Shown in pieces: positions 51,248-61,917 of a stretch of DNA of 64,000 nucleotides. The notes under the pieces are model-generated. The model ran no database searches, was not told the DNA's origin, and saw nothing but the letters and a program-made list of their open reading frames with translations. The translations under genes and the position numbers were made by a program. Every line of letters begins with the position of its first letter. The stretch's first letter is position 1. The stretch comes from Octopus sinensis (taxonomy: Eukaryota): contig NC_043002.1 of the NCBI RefSeq assembly GCF_006345805.1, positions 108,128,001-108,192,000 on the forward strand, written 5' to 3'.

Positions 51248-52109
51248 TGAGGTCTGATCAATAAGTAACCAGACTGTTGCCATAGTAAAGAAGCTAAAAC
51301 TAAAATGTGAAGTCACTTGGCAAAGATTGACCTTGGACTCCGCTGTGCATGTGCACTAAGTTTTAACATTCTAGCTCACTTCTGTTTACAGCAATGCTCA
51401 GAAGGAACGTGTGTAGTGTGTGATCATTGCATTGACTATGATAGAGAAAGTGTCATGGTGATACCTGCTCAGAAGCCTTTGCAAAGTTGCAGAAAGTATA
51501 TAGAGAGGAGTGTATGAGCTGCACACAAGTTGGCCGAAAAATTTTCAAGTTGGCCGAAAAATTGTCAATAGTGATGAGTGTTCTGGGAGATCCACAACCA
51601 GCAGAACTGAGAACAACATTGCAGCTGTGAGGGGAAAATCATTGAATCACCATCTGTGAGTTATCAGAGGATGTGCAGATTAGTTACAGTTCAGTTCAGT
51701 CCATTATCACTGAAGATTTGGGTATGAGATGCGTGTCTGCCAAGTTTGTGCCAAAACTGCTTTCAGCTGACCAAGAAGACACTTGGGTTTCAGTTGCACA
51801 AGATCTCCTATATTGTGTCAAGAACAATGAAAACTTTTTGGAAACTTTACATAGGCCTCTGAGCAGGTATCACCAAGCTTTTGGAAAAATTTGATGCAGA
51901 TTCTCTGCTCAACTTTCTCTGTCGTAGTCAATGCGACAATAACACGCTACACACCTTCCTTTCAAGCACTGCTGTAAACAGCAGAAGTGAGCTACAATGT
52001 TAAAACTTGGTGCATATGCACAGCAGAGTTCAAGGCCAAGCAGCTTCACTCTGCATGTTTTAGCTTCATTATTATGGCAACAGTCCAGATACTTCTTGAT
52101 CAGACCCCA
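51248..52109. mobile_element. Mariner derivative made of two 5' ends
   Basis: TA-tgaggtctgatcaataag ... cttgatcagacccca; ISYSSVQSIITEDLGMRCVSAKFVPKLL N-terminal remnant; 51905-52109 is an inverted copy of 51248-51450. Confidence 0.8.
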
Positions 52110-53033
52110 CATGGTAGTGGGATAAGAACAGATTGTTTTGCTGTAGAGACAACACATGGTCACCACAGCTGGAAAGAGAGAAAGAATGGTGGAGATGAGG
52201 TGTTGGAGCATAGGGAGAGTATGAACAGAGGGTCAGGCTGAATAGATGGATGAAGCAGAGTGGCAGGTGGGTGGTTGGGGAGAGGTGAAAGATGAACACA
52301 GGTGGAGAAATGGTCAATGGTGAGCCTCAGTTTGGAGGGAGGGAAGTGAAGGGAAACAAGAATGGGTCAGGGAGGGAGGGGGGCGATAAGTGGGTGTACA
52401 TAAAAGGGGTTGCAGGAGGAGGAGAGCAACAATAAAAAAAACTAGATAGATGAGGAATACAGATGATATGGAATGTGTAGGGGGGATGGATGATGTCAGA
52501 GGTCAGTGGATATAGTGATTGACAAATGAGGGTGGTGATATCGGTTACTTGTTTTAGTCACTAGACTGTGGCCATACTGGGGCACCATGAAGAATTTTAG
52601 TCAAGCTAATTGACCCTAGTAACTATTTTCTTTAAACCTGGCACTTATTCAATTGGTCCCTTTTGCTGAACTGCTAAGTTGTGGAGACATAAACACACCG
52701 ACACTGGTTATCAAATGACAGCGGAGAACAAACACAGGTACAAAGACACACACCATCAACTTCTTTTAGTTCCCATCTATCAAATCCACTCACAAGGTTT
52801 TAGTCAGCCCGAGGCTATAATAGACGGCATTTTTACCAAGGTGCCACACAGTGGGACTGAACCCGGGACCATGCGGTTGGGAAGCAGACTTATTACCACA
52901 CAACCACACCAGTGACCACAACGCAGAAGTTAGAGATTTCGTTTGAGTTGTTGTCCAAAGAATAGAAGAGAAAACTGGATCAGATTAGCCTAACGTAGCA
53001 TGAGAAAATCGAGTAGAACTTAAACTACATGGT

Positions 53034-53260
53034 TTAACCCTTTAGCATTTAAACCGGCCATATCGGCCAAAAGTATTCTGCCTGTTTTATGTTCAAAAGG
53101 CCAGATCTGGTCTATCACACCAGCCCTACAATATCGTTTTTAAAATTAACAGCTACCTCATCAAAACCTCAAAGCTACAAGATAATGTATGATTAGTTCA
53201 AGGCAATGTGGATGAAAAAGGATTAATTTTGGTAGAATAATGCGAACACTAAAGGGTTAA
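53034..53260. mobile_element. piggyBac-like MITE family 1 (others ~13104-13329, 36841-37059, 43445-43670)
   Basis: TTAA-CCCTTT...AAAGGG-TTAA termini; shared body. Confidence 0.75.
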
Positions 53261-53547
53261 GAGGCTTGCACTGAAACTGCGTGGTTTCAGGTTCAATTTC
53301 ACAGCATAACACACCACTGAGCAACTGTTGTCCAACAAGGATTCCAATGCATGGCGTTGCTGTGGTAGAGAGATCATGTTTTTAATATCTTGCAATAACT
53401 TAGTAGATACACACCATGTTAGTTAGTTAGTTAGTTCATTTTTTGGCTCAAAAAGCAAAAAGCAAGGCCATGTAGGGGGACATGGAGTTATGTACAGGGT
53501 GGTGTTCAGGTAAAGAGTTTCCTTTTCCCTCTTCACAAACAGGCATT

Positions 53548-53882
53548 GGCTTCTTCTTCTTCTCCTTCTTCCTCCCCTCCTCTTCCTTCTCCTTGTCCTT
53601 CTTCTTCCTCCTCCTCCTTCCCCCTCCTTCTTCCTCCTCTTCCTTCTTCTTCTTCTCCTTCTTCCTCCTTCTCCTTCTTGTCCTTCTTCCTCCCCTCCTC
53701 TTCCTTCCTCCTCCTCCTCCTCCTCTTCCTTCCTCTCCTCCTCCTCCTCCTCTTCCTTCTTCTTCTTCTCCTTCCTCCTCCTCCTCCTCTCCTCTTCCTT
53801 CTCCTTGTCCTTCTTCTTCCTCCTCCTCCTTCCCTCTCCTTCTTCCTCCTCCTCTTCCTTCTTCTTCTTCTTCCTCTCTCTC
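53548..53882. repeat. (TCC/TTC)n low-complexity tract
   Basis: pure pyrimidine triplet-like repeat that generates spurious poly-E/K/S ORFs. Confidence 0.95.
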
Positions 53883-56556
53883 AATAACAGTCTTTTCCTT
53901 CATTGTCATCCTCTTAAGTGTTTTTATTCTTCATCACCAGCATCAATTTTATTATATAATATGTCATAGTCTCTTTTTTTTTCATCAAGAACCTCAAAAA
54001 TAGTTTCTATAAATATATTTAATCTTGATAACCTAAAAAGAAATTCAATTCTAGATTCCCTGATGTTTCTTTAATTTCATTGGCCTTGATTCCCTCTCAC
54101 AAGGAAGTTCTTGCATAACCACACAAGCCAAAGAGAGGGCAACAACCATTTAGAAACAGCAGCAACTTCACTGAAATTACACCCAACTGCCTTAGGAAAA
54201 GAGGACTACACTGAATAATATTGTCCTGAGAGTTTTATGGAACATACTCTTTGATCATGGGTTTGCTTGGTCATGGATGACCTGGGGTTAACCAACAACA
54301 ACAACACTGCCCAAAGGATTCCTATTTCTCAACAGTTTCACATAATAAACAAGAGACAAAGATGTACTTTTCCACAAATATTTCGATGCAGGTACAAGGT
54401 GAACTGATTTATGATTCCTGCAAGAACACAAGAATTTGTGTAGAAATATGAGAAATGCTCATTGTTGTTGCTTAAACCCCAAGTAAGTTCCACTTCAGTA
54501 TTCCAGCCATGGCCAACTTGCCTCTCTTTCTTTTTTCTTTTTCATACATGATGTATATAAAACTACACTATCAAACGTGTCCTTCCTGTTTCAAAGGTGG
54601 TAAACTTATTTGACAGATATTTGGCTGTTATTTCCAAAAGGTCAAATGCCAGGCGAAATGCTTAGCGGTATTTCATCTGCCACTACGTTCTGAGTTCAAA
54701 TTCCGCCGAGGTTGACTTTGCCTTTCATCCTTTCGGGGTCGATAAATTAAGTACCAGTTACGCACTCGGGTCGATGTAATCAACTTAATCCCTTTGTCTG
54801 TTCTTGTTTGTCCCCTCTATGTTTAGCCCCTTGTGGGCAATAAAGAAATAAGAAGCTTCTTACAGGCTTGAAATCCTAGTTATCCAGTTTGCTATCAGTT
54901 GTGATTTCTTAACTTCAATGTTGCTTTTTAGCACCAGGCCACCCAGACCCAGTAAACCTATGATCAAAAGGTGATCCATCTATGACCATTATCTGTCAGT
55001 GTCATCATTTTACATCTGCTTTTCTATACTGCATGGGTTGGATGAGTGATGCCATTCTTGTTGTCAAATCATTCTTTGTTACATTTGTACAGCATATAGA
55101 AACAACCACACACAACAGTGAATTAACAAAACAGCAGAGATATTCACAAAGTACCGGATTAACACCTCGACTATCCAGTGACAGAATTTACAGAGATGCA
55201 GCAGGCGAATAATCAAACATGTGTGTCGTCTAATCTGTTATTACTGTTTTAAAAGAGATTACTAATAACAACACAATAGATTAAGATAAAAAAATAAAAA
55301 TTCAGCCTTGGGCTTTTGTAAAGTATTAAAATGATGAAAAAAAAGCAGAGAGAGAGAGAGAGAGAGAGAGAGGTAATCAATACACAAACAAAAATAGCAT
55401 TAGATTACAAATAAAAGGCAAATTATAATTGGACAAATTAAATAAGATGCATTTTAAATGACAGATCACAAGCTCTATAATACGCATTTAATACACACAC
55501 ACACAAATATTACATACACATATATAAACGTGTATATATTATATATATATATATATACACACACAAAACATGCATTTATGTGTATACGCACACAGTTACA
55601 CATAAATATATATATGCACCCTGGGTCTATTATTTGTAGTGGCCTACACACACACACACACACAAACACACACATGCATATATATATATATATATTATCA
55701 TCATCATCGTTTAATGTCTGCCTTCCAGGCTGGCATGGGTGGAATGGTTTGACAAGACCAAGCAGAAGCCTGCACCAGGCTTCTGTAACTGTTTGGCAGG
55801 ATTTTTATAGCTGGATGCCCTCCCTGACACCAACCTCTCAGCAGAGTGGACTTAGTGCTTTTTACATGGCACAAGCACAGGCGAGGTCAGTTTTGGCAGG
55901 GTTTTCACAACTGGATGCCCTTTGAATGCCAACCACTTTACAGTGTGGACTGAGTGCTTTTCAGTGGCACCTGCACTGACAGGGTCACCAAGTATATGCA
56001 AGACAAAAAAAAAACTCTTTTGAGAGGGGAAGGGCACTGGAGGAGGTGACCTTGTGTTGGCAGAGAGAAAGAAACAGGTGTCTTGTTGTAAAGGAAGTAC
56101 AAGGTCACCCAGCATGAGAGAGAGAGATCAGGAATGAAGAGAGAAACAGGTGCACTGCCGCAAAGGAAATACATAGTTACCCAACCTGAGGGAAAGGGCA
56201 CATGGCCTATGGTTAGGGCATTGCATGCATGACTGCAAGATCGTGGTTTCAATTCTTAGACCAGGTACTATGTTGTGTTGTGTTCTTGTGTAAAACACTT
56301 CATGGCATGTTGTTCTGTGATCACTTTGACACCTGACGTATGGTACACCGTGCACTTGCTCAGGTGACATCAATTTGATGGAGAGTGTGAGCTGATGTAC
56401 AGTTCATACAGCTGATCACTATAAACTAATCATTTATGTAGGTCTTCCAGCAGAAGCTGAACACTCATATGCTGTCTTCGATGGGAGAGTCCATCATATA
56501 TACACACATACACAGAAACTACTTGAAAATGAGAATAAAGAAAATATTGAACTTAC

Positions 56557-56651
56557 TGACTAAAAGTGTAAATTTCTACAATGTTGCCGAATAAAGAGTT
56601 GAGTTCATTCTTTGACATATCATCACATTTATCCAAATATTCAAGGTAACC
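56557..56651 (-). CDS. PLEKHG1: PLEKHG1/2/3-like RhoGEF exon (DH domain), phase 0-2
   Basis: ttgcag|GGT...AGT CA|gtaagt; encodes GYLEYLDKCDDMSKNELNSLFGNIVEIYTFS, matching the DH 'LFGNI' motif; joins the next exon in frame. Confidence 0.9.
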
Positions 56652-56734
56652 CTGCAAATCAAACAAGTAAAAGAGTTAAATTCCAATGATGTCACAGAAA
56701 CAGATATTTTAATGAGATGCAACAGTAACAATTA

Positions 56735-57045
56735 AAGATGTGTATTGATCACATAAGAACATTGCAGCACAATTTCTTCACTGTAAATGGTCCTGTACTT
56801 TTCAATGTTATCCCAAAAGAAATTAAAGTAGAAAAAGACCCCACAACTTTCAAATGGTACCCGGACAAATTCCTCCAGGAAATACCGGATAAACCATCTA
56901 CACCTGGATACGTCTCAACCAACAACGACTCTCTACTCAAGTGGTCCATGGTGTCCCGAAATAATTAACTAAAAGACTTTTCCAGGTGGTGCTATTGAGT
57001 TAGTCATGACCTGGGCCGATAATAGCCCAAACCAATCTAAGTTAT
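56735..57045 (+). mobile_element. CR1/L2-like LINE 3' end
   Basis: GPVLFNVIPKEI...FK...DKFLQEIPDKP...GY...NDSL C-terminal motif, then short UTR. Confidence 0.65.
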
Positions 57046-57382
57046 CTAATGTTTTAAGATGCAGGTTTGGCAATGGGATTAAGAATGACAGGCTTTCAAA
57101 CTTAATCCCACTGGGTAAGCAAATTCTACCAGAATCTCTCAAACCTGGTGAAGGAAACTGAGGAAATGGAAACTGTGTGGAATCCTGTCAAATGGACTGA
57201 ACATCTTCTTTGATGGTAAACCTTTCACTACAGAAATGTTTTCACATTTTTTTTTTTTTCTACTTCTGATAAAACATTCTGCCTGAAAGAGACGTAGAGG
57301 ATTAATTGAAACTCCAATAATGTTTCCAGATGTCTTCCTGCTGGTATTTTATCCAAGAAGAGTTAATTACAGTACTTTTAGT

Positions 57383-57838
57383 TTACATTATTTACATCTG
57401 ACGGATATTTGTCCTCATCTTGTTTGTTGTTGACACAATGTTTCGGCTGATATACCCTCCAGCCTTCATCAGGTGTCTTGGGGAAATTTTGAACCTGGGT
57501 TCTCATTCCTAAGGTATTTTTCGATGTTGTTGTTATTATTATTACTATTATTATTATTAAGGTCCACGGGCATATGTCGTAGTGATTAAGAGCGCAGGCT
57601 ACTAACCGCAAGATTCTGAGTTTGATTCCAAGCAGTGACCTGAATAATAATCATAATAATAATAATAACATTGAAAAATACCTTAGGAATGAGAACCCAA
57701 GTTCGAAATTTCCCCAAGACACCTGATGGAAGCTGGCAGATATATCAGCCGAAACATTGTTAACAACAAACAAGATGAGGACAAATATCTGTCAAATATA
57801 AATAATGTACATAATTCCTCATCTCTTTAATATAGAAT
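57383..57838. mobile_element. Same family, inverted tail plus full-length copy (locus 3)
   Basis: minus tail 57383-57560; plus copy begins gggcatatgtcgtagtgattaag at 57568. Confidence 0.8.
57432..57477 (-). ncRNA. Minimal type-I hammerhead ribozyme motif
   Basis: GACAC CUGAUGA A GGCUG gagggUAUAU CAGCC GAAA CAU U GUGUC; perfect stems I and II. Confidence 0.65.
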
Positions 57839-60406
57839 GTCCAAAATCAATTCATGAGCTAATGTGGGAGCCTCTACATGGTTGTTCAAACTGCTAGAAA
57901 CAGCAGCTAATTTCCCTCAAATGACATCTTGTAATGATAGTTATCTTATCTTACATGTATAAACTCAGTACACATGCATACAGTAAGTATGTCAATAAAA
58001 TATGTGCTTGCTTCTCCCATCTTCAGAACAACCATTTAGCATGTCATTTGATGGATGTTTGTAACTTTTGATACAGTCAGAAGTGTCATTATCAATGTAT
58101 ATTACATCTGTTTGTGGTTCTTTTTTTGGCTCCAGTTTTGTTTCCTGCTTATGTGGTTGATAGTGAATTACTTTCCCTGTATAAAAACTAAATCCACAAC
58201 AGTACCAAGTATTTGTTTCACAAATTTTCCAATTCGGAATCAATACTTGATAACATGAAACTCCTATCTATTTTCAAAGTTGAAGAAAAATCGAGGCCGA
58301 AAAAAATCTCCCAAAATTCAGGGAATTAAAATTACACGTCGATCTTTGTACAAAACTGTAGTTGAACTGTTTACGAAGTATAATACGTGTTTTCACGAAT
58401 GTACTAAAGAGATTTGTTCTGATATTCTCATTTAAATATGAATAGGTAAATTCGGGTGGGTTTGGGCGGTTTGGTCACATTAACCAAAATTTTTTTCGGG
58501 CGGCTTTGGGCGGTTTGGTAACAAAAGGGTTAAGTGAAGTACTGGATGTCCTGCATATTTGTGAACACAACTGTAGCAGGTCATAGATGGAAGATGTGGA
58601 GACAGCCTGATGCCTCCTCATGTACCAAAGTTTAAGTTACTCGTCTTTCTTTCAAATGTAACAACAGCATCAATGTAGCAGATTCTTACGCATGAGCAAC
58701 AAAGATACTCCATCCTTGCAGCTCAAACTGTCAACTTCAGCAACCTAAGTCACCAACTTCTTCAATGTAGCAATCTCCTTTGTGTTGAGGTTCAGGAAAG
58801 GGCTGGAAGTCTTTAACAAGAGGCATGTCACCCATGGGCATGCTAACTCCTGCAGGTCGATAAGAGACATCGTCAGCAATTCAAGGTGGTGCAGTCCATC
58901 ATCATCATTTAACGTCCGCTTTCAATGCTAGCATGGGTTGGACGATTTTGACTGAGGGCTGGCGAACCAGATGGCTGCACCAAGGCTTCATTCTTGATCT
59001 GGCAGAGTTTCTACAGCTGGATGCCCTGCCTAACGCCAACCTCTTCGAGAGTGTAGTGGGTGCTTTTATGTGCCACCCGCATGGGGCCAGTCAGGCGGCA
59101 CTGGCAACGACCTCGCTATAAGAAATGTTACATATGAGGACATCAGGTACAAGAAGAGGGCAGTTTATGTTTGACATGACCAGGAGAACCTTGGTCATGT
59201 GACCCAGCTCCATCAACATTGTGGCTTCCCTGTTCTCCTTATTTAAACTCCCTGTGCTCAGCATTTGGAATATTGTTATTGTTAGGGGTGGGACAGACCA
59301 ATGAATTTATAGTACCTAAGATTTACTGGGGTCAGCATAGATGTGGTGGTAGTAGTAGTAGTAGTGGTGGTGGTGGTAGTCATAGAGGTGGGAGGATCTC
59401 TAGTCTTGATCAACATCAACCAGGGACTGACATTTGATTTGAGGACAAGTTTGTTGAATCCTCACTTCCTTTGATGTGTTTACCTGAGTTTAGTATTTTC
59501 TTGAAATATTTGTTGATTGTATCTTTTGTGTTTAATCTTTGTTTTTATTTTTTGTTGTTTTATTTTGGTTCTCTGTAGTGTTGAGTAATGTATTCCTGGT
59601 CTCGATAAAAATGCATCACAGATGAGTGAGCTATAATGAAATCTAAGTTCCAAGAGGAACTTAGAAACAGTCACAGGTAGTGCAACAATTAGCCATAAGC
59701 CATCTTACTTAAAATAACAAATCATCATCATCATCATTTAACATCTGCTTTCCATGCTAGCATGGGTTGGACGATTTGACTGAGGAGTGGTGAACCAGAT
59801 GGCTTCACCAGGCTCCAGAGTTTCTACAGCTGGATGCCTTTCCTAATGCCAATCACTCCGAGAGTGTAGTGAATGCTTTTACGTGCAACTGGCACGAGGG
59901 CCAGTCAGGCAGTACTGGCAACGGCCAAGAAACAAGAGATACAGAGTAACACAGATTGTGGTTAACCAAAGTGAAATACATAGTGATGATGGTAAAAATA
60001 GAGATCTATTTAAAAAAAAAAAGAACATAAGAGAGTTATCTTTCTTTACATTGAACTCTTTTTTTTTAGTTAGCATATTTCCTTTGAAACTGTTTTTATT
60101 TCAATTTTGAATTTAATGATTTTAGTCAAATAACATTATTAAACTAGTGTTTGGGACATATATTCACATGAAATTATAATGAAAGATTTAAATTTAGATC
60201 ATTTTAAAACTAGAAGTTTAAGAGCTAGAACCAGCAGCAGTCTCACGTAGCTTTATATCAAAAGGGTTAACGTAGACACGGGTCAATTAGTGATGGGTAT
60301 CAGTGAAAACATTTTTAGAATTTTTATCTTCACAAAGAGAACATTTTAGTGTACTGTGATAAAAGTTTGCTATCTCCAGTCCACAGTTATAAACTACTTT
60401 CTTGAA

Positions 60407-60797
60407 CATTATTTACATTATTTACATTATTTACATTATTTACATTCGATGGATATTTATCCTCATCTTGTTTGTTGTTAACACAACGTTTCGGCTGATA
60501 TACCCTCCATATGCCCACAGGCATATGGCACAGTGGTTAAGAGCGCAGGCTACTAACCCCAAGATTCCGAGTTCGATTCCAAGCAGTGACTTGAACACTA
60601 ACAATAATAATAATAATAACAACATCATCGAAGAATACCTTAGAAATGAGAACCCAGGTTCGAAATTTCCCCAAGACACCTGAAGAAGGCTGGAGGGTAC
60701 ATCAGCTGAAATGTTGTGTTAAACAAACAAGAAGAGGACAAATATCCATCAAATGTAAATAATGTACATAATTCCTCATCTCTTAAATATAGAACTG
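60407..60797. mobile_element. Same family, partial inverted tail plus full-length copy (locus 4)
   Basis: minus partial tail with gaaacgttgtgtt, junction catatgcccacaggcatatgg, plus copy ending tcttaaatatagaactg. Confidence 0.8.
60675..60720 (+). ncRNA. Minimal type-I hammerhead motif (CUGAAGA variant)
   Basis: gacac ctgaaga a ggctg gagggtacat cagct gaaa tgt t gtgtt. Confidence 0.5.
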
Positions 60798-61884
60798 TTC
60801 TTTCTTGAAAATGGAAAAACACATCGTACAAGAGAGTTCCACTCACACACACACACACACATGCAATGCACACATGCACACAAACCCAATAGGCTTAGGT
60901 GGAATGCTTTTCATCATGGATCGGCATCATCAGATCTGACTTGAGATTAAACAGCAACAGCAACTAATTTACAACTAGACTGGATCATGAAGAGATGAAT
61001 TTGCAAGAGACAAGGTGTATTACTGGTACCCAAATATTTAATGACTTAACCTCTGAATAAGATAGTCCTAACCAACTCAAGAGTATTTCGCTGCTGAGAA
61101 GTTTTATAACACTCCACACTACAGAAGGATAGTAGGAACTTGAAATCTGCCATAAAGGAGGGTGTAGATAATAACTCAACACAAACTATAGAACTGCCCA
61201 GACAACAGAGAACAGAAACAATATTTGACAAATATAACTTGATACCAATGTCATTCAACAAACATGGCCAACCGACAGAAAAACCAATTCCATAACTGAC
61301 TCTGGTTTTCTTGTTTATGCCCAGATCGACTCTGAATGAGCCAATTTATGATTCAAAGATATTCCTACTTTTATTATCTCAAGTTTGAGAAATCATTAAA
61401 GTCTAAATATTTTTACAAAATTCTTCAAAATTAAAGTCATCAAAACTTTACATAATTTTTTTTCTACTCTAGGCTCAGGGCCTGAAATTTTGGGGGAGGG
61501 GGCCAGTCGATTAGATCGACCCCAGTATGCAACTGGTGCTTAATTTAGCGACCTCAAAAGGATGAAAGGGAAAGTCGACCTCGGCAGAATTTGAACTCAG
61601 AACGTAAAGACAGACGAAATACCCCTGAGCATTTCGCCTAGCATGCTAATTCTCTCTCTTTTACTCTTTTACTTGTTTCAGTCATTTCGACTGTGGCCAT
61701 GCTGGAGCACCGCCTTTAGTCGAGCAAATCGACCCCGGGACTTATTCTTTGTAAGCCCAGCACTTATTCTATCGGTCTCTTTTGCTGAACCACTAAGTAA
61801 CGGGGACGTAAACACACCAGCATCAGTTGTCAAGCAATGCTAGGGGGACAAACACAGATACAGAAACACACACATACATATATC

Positions 61885-61886
61885 AT

Positions 61887-61917
<31 letters not shown>

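Noticed and set aside
53423-54003. Long poly-E/K/R/S ORFs on both strands
   Set aside because: Artefact of a stop-free (TCC/TTC)n tract.
60985-61300. Unique-looking stretch examined for the missing first DH exon (E..TE..YV..L)
   Set aside because: No DH motif in any frame; that exon probably lies beyond the window.
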